Positions 20,387 through 30,109 of a stretch of 64,000 bases of DNA are shown in pieces. The stretch covers positions 16,752 through 80,751 of the forward strand of contig JAKSHT010000001.1 of the NCBI GenBank assembly GCA_024399215.1. The letters are read 5' to 3'. The notes beneath the pieces are model-generated. The model did no database searches. It was not told the origin of the DNA and saw nothing but the letters and a program-made list of their open reading frames with translations. This stretch comes from an archaeon (GTDB lineage: Archaea; Thermoplasmatota; Thermoplasmata; Methanomassiliicoccales; Methanomethylophilaceae). The translations under genes were made by a program, and so were the position numbers. How positions within the stretch are numbered: the stretch's first letter is position 1; the number at the start of each line of letters is the position of its first letter.

Positions 20387-20412
20387 CTTTCTCCCCCTAC
20401 ATCACGAGGCAC

Positions 20413-21177
20413 TCATCGGTTACTAGTAACATGTAGAGCCCGATCCATTATCGACGCATCACACACGTATATCCCTTCGGAACATGTTATTCCATCAATG
20501 TATCCTGCCCAATAGACTACAATACCTGGACCGAAAGCCTCCGTGTATGGAATCAATTGTCTCTTAGAGTCGCATCTCACTTCAATATTATCGCCAAACG
20601 ATGCTTTACTCTCTACCCAGCACACCCTTTTCCCATCAAATTCCATAGGCTGGTCAAAAAGCACATCCGGGGTTTTTTTGCAAATTCCTTTTAAATCGTT
20701 TTCCGTACGATATTTAATTCCTTGTCTATCAAGCCACGAATGAAGAAGATTCTCTCCACATATTCCCCTCTTTCTTCCCTCTGCATTTGCTGCTGGAGAA
20801 TAGACAAGATCCTTTTCCACAGCCTCTCTTACTATTTTTGCGGTACCCATGTCAAGTGTTCCATATGGATCATTAACAAATTTCCAAAACTCCTTCTTAG
20901 TAACGCCACGCTCCTGAAAAAGAAACATTGCGACAAGAATCGGAGGAAAATTAAATCTACTAGCTATGTTCACAATTGATGGATCCCCTGTCCACCCACT
21001 GAACAGTTGTTTAACTCTCTTTCTGACTATGTAAAATCTCCTCTTCACACATCTGTTCACTTTTTGCGTGAACAATACTTTGACGAGATCGGGAGTATAT
21101 CCCTCTCTAATGCACCTATATACATCCTGAGAAGAGTTAAGTCTATCATACAATTCCTTATATTCCTGATATTCCAC
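20413..21177 (-). CDS. CDIN1/C15orf41 (TPD domain) family putative PD-(D/E)XK nuclease
   Basis: KTPDVLF...WVESKASFGD...QLIPY...FGPGIVVYW motifs. Confidence 0.8.
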   Translation of the reverse strand: MEYQEYKELYDRLNSSQDVYRCIREGYTPDLVKVLFTQKVNRCVKRRFYIVRKRVKQLFSGWTGDPSIVNIASRFNFPPILVAMFLFQERGVTKKEFWKFVNDPYGTLDMGTAKIVREAVEKDLVYSPAANAEGRKRGICGENLLHSWLDRQGIKYRTENDLKGICKKTPDVLFDQPMEFDGKRVCWVESKASFGDNIEVRCDSKRQLIPYTEAFGPGIVVYWAGYIDGITCSEGIYVCDASIMDRALHVTSNR

Positions 21178-21187
21178 GTTCTCTTTC

Positions 21188-22531
21188 CTAGAATCTAGAG
21201 CATAGCTCGTTGGCTGCTAAAATTACTACATCTCTGACCGTAGAAACTAATGGACAGTACGCAGTTTCTGAATTTGCTATGAAATCTTCTACTGTCATGC
21301 CATTCATTATCGCAGAAGCAAGCCAATTGATACGCCCCGTTACGTCTTCTCCTGAAACAATTTGTGCGCCGATTATTTTATGTGATGTAACGTCTGCGAT
21401 AATTTTGACAACAATCTTCTTTTTATCAGAACAGTACCTCGCACATGTAAATCCAACTGCTTTACCATCAACTGTCTTAATTCCATTTCGCAACGCTATA
21501 TCTCGCGAAAATCCTGAACCAGCTACATGCAGACTGCCGATAACACTAACCCACGGGCTTACAACAGGTCCAATAACTTTGTTACAACCTGCCGCGTTCA
21601 TACCTGCGACAATTCCTTGCCTAACAGCTGTTGAACCAAGTTGACTCATCACGGGAATTTTCATCACTGCCGATTGGCACTGAACAACGTCACCTGCAAC
21701 AAACACGTCCGAAACCATGCAACCCATTTTATATGGTTGCATAGTAGGTGCAACTACAACGGCCTTCAATTGCCCAACGTCGAGACCCAGCAAACCCGGG
21801 ACTGAAAGATCGGCACGAACACCAGTCGCAAAAACAACCATATCACACAAGTACTCTCCACCTGTTGTCACAACAGCTTCTACTCTTTCGATACCTCTAA
21901 CTGCCAGTATCGATGTTTCCATGATAAATTCAATGCCATCCCCCTCCAAATGCTTCTGAATTAAATCAGCCATATCGTCATCTACAATACGAGACATCAC
22001 TTGACTCATTACTTCGACAATAATGACTCTCTTTCCCATTCTTCTGAAAGCTAATGACATCTCAAGGCCAATAATACCAGCACCGACTATAACTACAGTT
22101 TTTGAATCTCTGGCCGCAGTCTGAACCAACTTGCCATCTTTAATGGTCTTTACAGTAAATACCCCCTCCAAATTTGTACCATCAACAGGAGGAACAGAAA
22201 CAATTCCGCCCGTAGCAATAATCAGGGAATCATACCTGTATGTTTCTCCATTTGCTACAACAGCCTTATTCACACCATCGATAGCAGTAACTGTCGTTTT
22301 AACATAAACGTCGATTCCTCTCTCCTTCTTGTAAAAAGACGGGTCATGCATCACGATGTCTTCCCATTTTATTTTTCCTTCGATTGCCCACGGAATTGCG
22401 CAGGGAGAATATGCCACATACTCATCTTTTGTAAAAACAAGAACACTAGCGTCAGGATCACTCCTCTTTGCGGTAGACGCTGCGGTCATGCCAGCTGCAC
22501 CGGACCCAATTACTATTATGTTCCTTACCAT
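21188..22531 (-). CDS. FAD-dependent pyridine nucleotide-disulfide oxidoreductase (NADH oxidase / CoA-disulfide reductase family)
   Basis: GSGAAG, AYSPC active-site Cys, second GAGIIG motif, VAGD, C-terminal dimerisation domain. Confidence 0.88.
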   Translation of the reverse strand: MVRNIIVIGSGAAGMTAASTAKRSDPDASVLVFTKDEYVAYSPCAIPWAIEGKIKWEDIVMHDPSFYKKERGIDVYVKTTVTAIDGVNKAVVANGETYRYDSLIIATGGIVSVPPVDGTNLEGVFTVKTIKDGKLVQTAARDSKTVVIVGAGIIGLEMSLAFRRMGKRVIIVEVMSQVMSRIVDDDMADLIQKHLEGDGIEFIMETSILAVRGIERVEAVVTTGGEYLCDMVVFATGVRADLSVPGLLGLDVGQLKAVVVAPTMQPYKMGCMVSDVFVAGDVVQCQSAVMKIPVMSQLGSTAVRQGIVAGMNAAGCNKVIGPVVSPWVSVIGSLHVAGSGFSRDIALRNGIKTVDGKAVGFTCARYCSDKKKIVVKIIADVTSHKIIGAQIVSGEDVTGRINWLASAIMNGMTVEDFIANSETAYCPLVSTVRDVVILAANELCSRF

Positions 22532-22634
22532 AAAATAACAAAGCACAGCCGTGGCCAGTTTATAACAGTTACCCTGCTCATGACATGTTCGCGTCTCTTT
22601 TATAGAAATGAATCAATCCGCCCACCGAATCTAG

Positions 22635-23642
22635 ATGAAAAGCAGAACGCCACATGAGCTAGAAGCCATTTGGAAAGAAAAGGACATTGTCGATGGCAAA
22701 ATCGCAGATACGATGGTAATAATCATGCGCACAAATGGCTGCGCCTGGGCAAGAAGCGGAGGGTGCACAATGTGCGGCTATCACTCTGCATCACTAAGAA
22801 ACGTAACGTCCGAGGATCTCCTAAAGCAATTGGATCAGGCTCTCTTACACTATAACGGAGAACCATTTGTCAAAATATACACGTCTGGGAGCTTCCTTGA
22901 TAAAGACGAGATTCCAGCAAAAGTCAGAAAGGATATTTTTGAATCATTTTCTGAATGTAAGCGTATTTTATTTGAAAGTAGGCCAGAATTCATAACAGAA
23001 GAAACTATATCTAATCTTCCTACATCAACGACCATTGCACTTGGGCTTGAAAGCTGCAACCCTCTAGTCATAGAAAAAAGCATTAGAAAAGGATTTACAC
23101 CAACTCAGTGCCAACTTGCAGGTAAACTTATAAAGGAAAGTAATCTCTCCGTTCGCTCGTATCTTCTATTAAAGCCCCTGTTCTTACAGGAGAGAGCAGC
23201 CATAAAAGACACAATCACATCTGCGAAATTTGCCGATAGCTTCTCCGATGAAATATCAATTAATCCCATAAACGTTCAGAAAGGGACAATGCTTGAGAGA
23301 ATATGGAGAAAAGGAGACTATAGAACGCCATGGATATGGTCGTTGATAGAGGTTATGAAGAGATTATCCGGCACAGTTACTGCCAGGCTCATGACATCAC
23401 CCTCTGGAGGTGGAAGTCAAAGAGGGATCCATAATTGCGGAAAATGTGACGAAGCAGTGTTAAACGCTTTAGTACAATTTTCGCACTCTCAGGATCCCAG
23501 AAATCTCGACATCACATGCGAATGCATCGAAGAGTGGAAAAACTACATGACGTCAGAGATAATGCTCGGAACTACCGCAGACCTCGACAGAGAATTCAAA
23601 AGCGAACTGACAATCGGAGGCAGAAATGGACTACGATATTAA
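22635..23642 (+). CDS. raSEA: archaeosine biosynthesis radical SAM protein (RaSEA / TIGR01210-like)
   Basis: RTNGCAW...GGCTMCGY, KIYTSGSFLD, ESRPEF, YLLLKP, HNCGKC. Confidence 0.85.
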   Translation: MKSRTPHELEAIWKEKDIVDGKIADTMVIIMRTNGCAWARSGGCTMCGYHSASLRNVTSEDLLKQLDQALLHYNGEPFVKIYTSGSFLDKDEIPAKVRKDIFESFSECKRILFESRPEFITEETISNLPTSTTIALGLESCNPLVIEKSIRKGFTPTQCQLAGKLIKESNLSVRSYLLLKPLFLQERAAIKDTITSAKFADSFSDEISINPINVQKGTMLERIWRKGDYRTPWIWSLIEVMKRLSGTVTARLMTSPSGGGSQRGIHNCGKCDEAVLNALVQFSHSQDPRNLDITCECIEEWKNYMTSEIMLGTTADLDREFKSELTIGGRNGLRY

Positions 23643-23970
23643 AAAAGGTTGGATGAAGAACATTAAAGGAGATCTCCTCCCCAACATTATGAAAGAAATC
23701 TTTGGAAATGTAAAGCGTTGCAATGACCAATTTGTATCATCTTATGGTGTCATGGCTAAAATCAAAGTAAAAATTACGCAGGAAGGAGCAATGAACATTG
23801 AGATCGAGAACATTCCCGAACTCTGTACAAAATATTCGGGAGCAGCACTAGATGAAGCAATCATTGACAGTAAGAAAAAACTAAACATTTTTGTCGAAAG
23901 AGCTACTGGCTTCGATGTAAAGGCAAGAAAACGAAGAATTCAAGAAAAAGCCAAAAAGGGCATACTCTGA
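23626..23970 (+). CDS. conserved archaeal hypothetical protein (DUF5611-like)
   Basis: YDIKKG N-terminus, ATGFDVKARKR C-terminus; GGAGG SD; overlaps the RaSEA stop. Confidence 0.7.
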   Translation: MDYDIKKGWMKNIKGDLLPNIMKEIFGNVKRCNDQFVSSYGVMAKIKVKITQEGAMNIEIENIPELCTKYSGAALDEAIIDSKKKLNIFVERATGFDVKARKRRIQEKAKKGIL

Positions 23971-24015
23971 TCAATCAATCCATTATGTTATCCCTCAAAG
24001 CACTGGACGAGATGC

Positions 24016-24212
24016 TTATATATCGAATGACAGTACCACCATCCAGATTGATGCGCTAGATGTTCGACCAGACACATCGGGCAATGCAAAGCAACCCAAA
24101 TCCCAGTCTCATATCGATTACTTATCGAGATGCGGACGCGGTGTCACGGTCGAGGATTGAGACGTTCAGATCAGCTGAAATGCGGAGCCACAGTTACCGC
24201 AGGATGTGAAAG
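24016..24212 (+). promoter_or_regulatory. TATA box and long structured 5' leader of the ribosomal protein superoperon
   Basis: TTATATA at 24016-24022; several inverted repeats between about 24059 and 24201. Confidence 0.5.
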
Positions 24213-25211
24213 ATGCCACAAAAGAGACGTCCGACAAGAGGGTCGCGCGCGTACGGGCCGAGGAAAAGAGCCCAGTCGCAAACACCTCGATTTGACTCTT
24301 GGCCAGAGACCTCAGGGGTACCCAAAATTCAGGGGTTTGCCGGGTACAAAGCTGGAATGACGCACGCTCTTGTAATCGATAAGCGTGCAAACACGACTAC
24401 GTCAGGAATGGAACTTCAAGTTCCAGTGACTGTTATCGAGTCGCCTCCAATGAAGATAGCTGCGGTCAGGCTATATGAAAACACAGTATACGGATTAAGA
24501 ACATTAGGTGAAGTGTGGGCCCAAAATCTTGATCCTTTGCTCTCAAAACGTTTTAGTTTACCCAAATCGCATAATGGCGATGTACTTTCCAAATATGACG
24601 ACGCCGACATAGAAGATGTCCGCGTTATAGCATATACTCAACCAAAAATGGTCAAAGGAATACCTAAGAAGGTTCCGGATATAATGGAACTTAGGATCGG
24701 TGGAGGATCAATTAGTGAAAAGATTGCTTATGCGGGGAGCATTCTCGGCAATGACATCACAATCAATGATTTTGCTGGAGAAGGGACATTTATCGATGTT
24801 ATTGCAGTTACAAAGGGTAAGGGTTTTCAGGGAGTAACGAAGCGATGGGGGGTTAAACTCTTGTCACACAAGAACAGCAAACACCGCCGTGGAATCGCAA
24901 ATCTAGGTCCGAAGAGACCAGGTTATGTCCGAGGCACAGTTCCGGGATCAGGTCAAATGGGATATCATCAAAGAACTGAATTTAACAAACAGCTCATGAA
25001 AATAGGTACAGATGGATCAGAAGTTACTCCCAAAGGCGGATTCTTATGTTATGGAGATGTTGTTAACAGTTATGTTCTCGTTCATGGGTCCGTCCCCGGT
25101 CCAGTGAAAAGATTAATTCGATTCAGAGATGCCGTAAGGATTTCAAAGAAAGCTAGTACCAGATCAGCAGAGATTACCTTCGTTTCTGAACAGTCTAAGC
25201 AGGGGGCATAA
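24213..25211 (+). CDS. rpl3: 50S ribosomal protein uL3
   Basis: GFAGYKAGMTH, KGKGFQG, GQMGYHQRTE. Confidence 0.97.
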   Translation: MPQKRRPTRGSRAYGPRKRAQSQTPRFDSWPETSGVPKIQGFAGYKAGMTHALVIDKRANTTTSGMELQVPVTVIESPPMKIAAVRLYENTVYGLRTLGEVWAQNLDPLLSKRFSLPKSHNGDVLSKYDDADIEDVRVIAYTQPKMVKGIPKKVPDIMELRIGGGSISEKIAYAGSILGNDITINDFAGEGTFIDVIAVTKGKGFQGVTKRWGVKLLSHKNSKHRRGIANLGPKRPGYVRGTVPGSGQMGYHQRTEFNKQLMKIGTDGSEVTPKGGFLCYGDVVNSYVLVHGSVPGPVKRLIRFRDAVRISKKASTRSAEITFVSEQSKQGA

Positions 25212-25215
25212 GTAA

Positions 25216-25989
25216 ATGACAATCCAAACAAATGTCTATTCAATCGACGGAAACATTATAGAAAAAATTGATGTCCCCGCAATTTTTGAGGCTGCGTATA
25301 GGCCAGATATAATCAAGAGGGCAGTTCTTGCCGCCGCAGCAAACGGCCGGCAGCCTTATGGGCCTGCAAAAATGTCTGGCATGAGACACGCAGTTAGCAC
25401 ACGTGGAAAAGGGACAGGGTCCTCACGCGCTCAAAGGATCCATGGTCTCGGAAAGGCTTCAGAATCACCCAACAATGTTTCTGGGCGCAGAGCACATCCG
25501 CCCGTCCCGGAGAAAGTTTGGAAACTTAAAGTTAATCGGAAAGAGCGCATCATTGCACGAGAATCAGCCATCGCGGCTACAGCTCACGCGGAATGCGTGA
25601 AGGCGCGGGGACATAGATTCAGTGAAGATATTTCTTTCCCTATTGTTGTTAATGATACTGTCCAAAATATTTCGACAACATCAGATATCCACAATCTCCT
25701 TAAAAAGATTGGAATCGATTGCGATATTGACCGTGCAAAAAGAGGAACAAAAATTCGCGCGGGTAGAGGTAAGATGAGAAACAGAAAGTATCGTACACCA
25801 ACATCAATTCTCTTTGTTGTGTCGGACGATGATGCTCCCATATTAAGAGGAGCGTGTAACTTACCTGGCGTTCAAGTCAAAACCGTTAACAGTATAAGTG
25901 CCGCGATTCTGGCACCTGGGGGCGATGCAGGAAGACTAACAGTGTACACTAAATCATCAATCGCAAGTATTGGAGAGTGGAGCCGATGA
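25216..25989 (+). CDS. rpl4: 50S ribosomal protein uL4
   Basis: RPDIIKRAV, GRRAHPP, LAPGGDAGRL. Confidence 0.97.
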   Translation: MTIQTNVYSIDGNIIEKIDVPAIFEAAYRPDIIKRAVLAAAANGRQPYGPAKMSGMRHAVSTRGKGTGSSRAQRIHGLGKASESPNNVSGRRAHPPVPEKVWKLKVNRKERIIARESAIAATAHAECVKARGHRFSEDISFPIVVNDTVQNISTTSDIHNLLKKIGIDCDIDRAKRGTKIRAGRGKMRNRKYRTPTSILFVVSDDDAPILRGACNLPGVQVKTVNSISAAILAPGGDAGRLTVYTKSSIASIGEWSR

Positions 25990-26264
25990 ACGCAAGTAGC
26001 ATACTTATCAGACCAGTCTTTTCAGAGAAAGCAATGAGCGTTATCGGAGTCCCAGCAAAGGATTCCAAAAGCGGTAACAAAATCGAATTCATCGTCCATA
26101 GAAACGCAAGTAAATTAGAAATTAAAACCGTTTTTGAAGAGCGCTTCGAAGTGAAAATCAAAAACATTCGAACAAAGATTCAGAAAGATGGAAAACATGC
26201 AATAATCAAACTCACAGACGACTACTCGGCGGAAGACGTTGGTATGAAAGTTGGAATATTCTAG
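25986..26264 (+). CDS. rpl23: 50S ribosomal protein uL23
   Basis: RPVFSEKA, KHAIIKL; operon order. Confidence 0.95.
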   Translation: MNASSILIRPVFSEKAMSVIGVPAKDSKSGNKIEFIVHRNASKLEIKTVFEERFEVKIKNIRTKIQKDGKHAIIKLTDDYSAEDVGMKVGIF

Positions 26265-26275
26265 GGTAAGTAAAT

Positions 26276-26971
26276 ATGGCAAAGAGACTGAGAACACAGA
26301 GAAGAGGTGCCGGGGGAAACGGATATCGTTCTCCTAGCCATAGGCATGTGAACGATGTTCGGCTCCCTGTCTTTGACGAGAAGGACGGAGTTGTCAAGGA
26401 TCTCATACACGCGCCTGGAAGAACATCCCCTCTAGCAATCATCGATTACGACGGCACGTCGACCTATCAAATTGCAGCGGAAGGAGTAAGCGTTGGGCAA
26501 AGAATTGCTATCGGTGGAACAAAAATTATCCCAGGCAATATCACAAAACTCACAAGCATTCCCGAGGGAACAGCAATACACAACATTGAAGGGTCCCCCG
26601 GCGATGGTGGCAAATATGCCAAGGTTGCGGGGGTCTCAGCAGTGATTGTTAGCCGAGGATCAACCGTTATTGTTCAAATGCCATCTGGTACACTTAAAGA
26701 ATTCAATCCCAACTGTCGCGCAGCTATTGGCGCTGTTGCTGGCAACGGAAAGATGGACAAACCCCTAGTAAAAGCAGGGAAGAACTATCACGCACTTCAT
26801 ACAAGATCAAAAGCGAATTTTCACGTTAGTGGAGTCGCTATGAATGCAGTGGATCACCCGCATGGAGGAGGAAGTCATCCACACATTGGAGGGCCGAGTA
26901 CTAAGAGCCGTAACGCATGGCCTGGTCAGAAAGTAGGTCGTCTCTCACCAGAGAAGAAAGAGAGGAGGTAA
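26276..26971 (+). CDS. rpl2: 50S ribosomal protein uL2
   Basis: HAPGRT, GVAMNAVDHPHGGG. Confidence 0.97.
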   Translation: MAKRLRTQRRGAGGNGYRSPSHRHVNDVRLPVFDEKDGVVKDLIHAPGRTSPLAIIDYDGTSTYQIAAEGVSVGQRIAIGGTKIIPGNITKLTSIPEGTAIHNIEGSPGDGGKYAKVAGVSAVIVSRGSTVIVQMPSGTLKEFNPNCRAAIGAVAGNGKMDKPLVKAGKNYHALHTRSKANFHVSGVAMNAVDHPHGGGSHPHIGGPSTKSRNAWPGQKVGRLSPEKKERR

Positions 26972-26973
26972 AT

Positions 26974-27441
26974 ATGGGAAAGATTAAGATTGCAGGATCG
27001 GCAAAAGCTTCTAGAAGAAGATCTAGAAAGCGGGCAAGCCTAATTCAAGCAAGAAGAAAGAAGGAATTCCTCTACCGTGGCTACAGCATAAAAGAACTTT
27101 CTGCGATGTCTTTCGTGGATGTATTAGGACTTATGCCGTCGAGAGCAAGAAGAACATATGTTCGAGGTCTCAATTATGAGCAGCAGATTCTTTTCGATAG
27201 TTTAAAGTCGGCAGGTGAGGGAGAGACAATTAGGACGCATGTTAAGTCGCTTCCAATTACTCATGAATTTGTTGGCAAATCTGTCAGCATTTACAATGGA
27301 AAAGAATTTAAGAGCTTCGAGATCAAACCCGAAATGATTGGTCATTTTCTTGGCGAGTTCGTCACAACAAGAAAGGTGCCGATTCATTCTGGACCTGGTG
27401 TCGGTGCAACAAGATCTTCTAAGTTCATGCCTCTAAAGTGA
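26974..27441 (+). CDS. rps19: 30S ribosomal protein uS19 (with basic N-terminal extension)
   Basis: KPEMIGHFLGEF, GVGATRSSKFMPLK; GGAGG SD before 26974. Confidence 0.95.
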   Translation: MGKIKIAGSAKASRRRSRKRASLIQARRKKEFLYRGYSIKELSAMSFVDVLGLMPSRARRTYVRGLNYEQQILFDSLKSAGEGETIRTHVKSLPITHEFVGKSVSIYNGKEFKSFEIKPEMIGHFLGEFVTTRKVPIHSGPGVGATRSSKFMPLK

Positions 27442-27452
27442 AGTGTTAGACT

Positions 27453-27899
27453 ATGAAAGGATATACGGCAAACACAGATCCTGACACGTCAGCTAAAGCG
27501 ATAGGGAAAGAAATACCAATCTCTCCAAAATTTGCGCGTGAGGTGTGCAGTATGGTTCGTGGACTAAAAATCAACAACGCAATCAAAATTCTTGAGGGCA
27601 TTATTGCGCTTAAGATTCCAGTCCCACTAAAAAGATATAACAAACGCGTTTCGCACAAACAGGGAGTTGGTCCTGGAAGATACCCAAAAAAAGCAGCTCT
27701 AGCGATTCTCAATGTTATCAAAGGAGCATCCGCCAACGCAGAATATAAGGGATTCAGCGTGGATAATATGGTCATTCAAACTATTTCCGCAGCAAGAGGA
27801 AGAGTCACGCCCGGTCACATGCCGAGGGCACATGGACGAGCAACCCAATGGAATCAGGAAACGGTCAACCTCGAAGTGATTACTAAAGAGGTGAAGTAA
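27453..27899 (+). CDS. rpl22: 50S ribosomal protein uL22
   Basis: GRYPKKAA, PRAHGRAT. Confidence 0.96.
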   Translation: MKGYTANTDPDTSAKAIGKEIPISPKFAREVCSMVRGLKINNAIKILEGIIALKIPVPLKRYNKRVSHKQGVGPGRYPKKAALAILNVIKGASANAEYKGFSVDNMVIQTISAARGRVTPGHMPRAHGRATQWNQETVNLEVITKEVK

Positions 27900-27900
27900 T

Positions 27901-28602
27901 TTGGCAGCGGAGAGGAAATTTGTCGCTGAAAATGCCCGCAGAGTTCTCCTGAAGGAATACCTTATGAAAGAGGTTAACCGTGCAGGATTCGGTGGCCTCA
28001 ATGTTCAAAGGACACCGATGGGAACAAGTGTAACACTTCTAACAGAACGGCCCGGCCTAGTCATTGGAAGAAAGGGTCAGATAATCAAAAATTTGACGAC
28101 AGCGATCGAAAGACAGTTTGGATTTGAGAATCCTCAAATTGAAGTCAGGGAAGTGGAAAATCCAAACTTAAACGCTCAAATCATGGCAGAAAAACTCGCA
28201 TTTTCGCTTGAAAGAGGCTGGCATTTCCGCAGAGCTGGACACTCATCCGTGCGCAGAATCATGGACTCAGGGGCAAAGGGATGTTATGTTATTGTTGCTG
28301 GGAAACTCACTGGTCAGCGGCACAGAACAGAAAAGTTTAAAGAGGGCAACATTAAGTTCTGCGGCGAACCAAAAGCAAACTTTATAGGCCACGGCTACGC
28401 AGTAGCCAAGTTAAAAATGGGAATTATCGGCGTAACAGTACAGATTATGGCGCCTAATATAAGACTTCCGGCAGATACAGTAGTTCTCGGAAAAACAGAA
28501 GCTGCAGAGAAATTCCCCCAAATTTTTATGGAGGAAGAAATACCGTCAGCTACTGAGGATATGCCAATAACCGATACGCCTGAAGTTGAAGAGGAAAAAT
28601 AA
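27901..28602 (+). CDS. rps3: 30S ribosomal protein uS3
   Basis: KH domain PGLVIGRKG, LERGWHFRRAG; TTG start after GAGGTG. Confidence 0.96.
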   Translation: MAAERKFVAENARRVLLKEYLMKEVNRAGFGGLNVQRTPMGTSVTLLTERPGLVIGRKGQIIKNLTTAIERQFGFENPQIEVREVENPNLNAQIMAEKLAFSLERGWHFRRAGHSSVRRIMDSGAKGCYVIVAGKLTGQRHRTEKFKEGNIKFCGEPKANFIGHGYAVAKLKMGIIGVTVQIMAPNIRLPADTVVLGKTEAAEKFPQIFMEEEIPSATEDMPITDTPEVEEEK

Positions 28603-28803
28603 ATGGCACTCAAAATCCCAGAAATTAAAGAAATGACTGCAGAAGAACGCAACCAAAAACTCAAAAAACTTCATGATGAACTCATGAAAGAGAGGGGAAA
28701 TTCTGCATCGGGCGGCGCACCGACAAGCCCAGGCGTAATTCGTGCGCTGAGAACAAGTATCGCTCGTATCTTAACCATTCAGAGAGAGGAGGAAGAACTC
28801 TAA
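28603..28803 (+). CDS. rpl29: 50S ribosomal protein uL29
   Basis: [13 protein letters not shown]; operon order. Confidence 0.94.
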   Translation: MALKIPEIKEMTAEERNQKLKKLHDELMKERGNSASGGAPTSPGVIRALRTSIARILTIQREEEEL

Positions 28804-29102
28804 TGGCGGAAATCTGTCCAGTGTGCGGTTTACCTAAAGAGTTGTGCATGTGTGAAGAAATTGCACGTGAGCAACAGTCTGTAACGATATCGGTCGATAG
28901 TCGAAGGTATGGCAAAGTTGTAACAGTAATCGACGGAATCGACGAGAATGATATCGACATCAACGACTTGTCTAAACAATTAAAGAATAAGTGTGCCACA
29001 GGAGGCACCTCTAAAGACGGACGTATTGAGCTTCAAGGCGACCATAAAAAAAGGGTGAAGGCAGTACTGGAAGATATGGGTTTTCGAACGGAAACAAAAT
29101 AA
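28803..29102 (+). CDS. sui1: translation initiation factor aIF1 (SUI1)
   Basis: [21 protein letters not shown]. Confidence 0.95.
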   Translation: MAEICPVCGLPKELCMCEEIAREQQSVTISVDSRRYGKVVTVIDGIDENDIDINDLSKQLKNKCATGGTSKDGRIELQGDHKKRVKAVLEDMGFRTETK

Positions 29103-29103
29103 A

Positions 29104-29361
29104 ATGAATAAAAGGGATCTCATGAGAATGGAATTCATTGGGTTAAATGTGAGCGTGTTATCTACACCATGCTACTCCGGAATTTCTGGCGTCGTAGTCG
29201 ATGAAACGAAGAATACGTTCGTCGTTAATTCGGGTGGATACAAAAAAATAATACCCAAACCTGGCAACATGTTTGAATTCACACATGAGGACAAAAAGTT
29301 CGTAATTATGGGAACAGATGTTCGGTATCGACCAGAAGATAGAATAAAGAAGGTCAGGTAG
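29104..29361 (+). CDS. rnp1: ribonuclease P protein subunit Rpp29
   Basis: EFIGL, GVVVDETKNT, RPEDRIKK; conserved operon position. Confidence 0.92.
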   Translation: MNKRDLMRMEFIGLNVSVLSTPCYSGISGVVVDETKNTFVVNSGGYKKIIPKPGNMFEFTHEDKKFVIMGTDVRYRPEDRIKKVR

Positions 29362-29366
29362 GTCCA

Positions 29367-29705
29367 ATGATAACAAGAACTAAAAACATAGGAATCGACG
29401 TTAATCCCCCTGAAACAACATGCAGTGATCCGAACTGTCCGTTTCACGGAAATCTGTCGGTCAGAGGGCAGATTATTGATGGAAAAGTCGTATCGGTCAG
29501 AATGAACAAGACTGCAATGATCGAGCGCAACTACTTGAAATATGAGAAAAAGTACGAAAGATACGAAAAGAGGACAAGTAGATATGCTGCACATGCACCG
29601 GTTTGTCTCAATCTAAAAATTGGTGACGAAGTGAGGATTATGGAGTGCCGGCCTCTTGGAAAAACAGTTTCCTTCGTTGTAATCGAGAAGAGGGAAATAG
29701 AATGA
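29367..29705 (+). CDS. rps17: 30S ribosomal protein uS17
   Basis: [18 protein letters not shown]. Confidence 0.96.
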   Translation: MITRTKNIGIDVNPPETTCSDPNCPFHGNLSVRGQIIDGKVVSVRMNKTAMIERNYLKYEKKYERYEKRTSRYAAHAPVCLNLKIGDEVRIMECRPLGKTVSFVVIEKREIE

Positions 29706-30100
29706 AGGGAGTTGCTGGAAACCAAACAAGAGGTCTTCAGAATGGTTCTGAAGTCGACGTTGTGGATAACACAGGTGCAAAAGTCATTGAGATTATTACT
29801 GTACCTGGGTATCATGGAGTTTCAAGGCGTGTTCCATCAGCAGGCGTTGGTGATCTTGTCATAGCGTCTGTCAAGAAAGGAACTCCTCAAATGCGAAGGC
29901 AAGTAGTATTCGCAGTCATTGTAAGACAAAAGCGCCCAATGAGGCGTCCAGATGGAACAATGATTTCTTTCGAAGACAATGCAGCTGTCATAACAACAGA
30001 AACGGGAGAAACTAAAGGCACTGATGTGAAAGGACCAGTTGCAAGAGAGGCAGCAGAAAGATGGCCTCGTGTTGCGGCAACGGCAAGCATCATAGTGTGA
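29702..30100 (+). CDS. rpl14: 50S ribosomal protein uL14
   Basis: [21 protein letters not shown]; start at Met20 of the listed ORF. Confidence 0.96.
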   Translation: MKGVAGNQTRGLQNGSEVDVVDNTGAKVIEIITVPGYHGVSRRVPSAGVGDLVIASVKKGTPQMRRQVVFAVIVRQKRPMRRPDGTMISFEDNAAVITTETGETKGTDVKGPVAREAAERWPRVAATASIIV

Positions 30101-30109
30101 GGTACAAAC

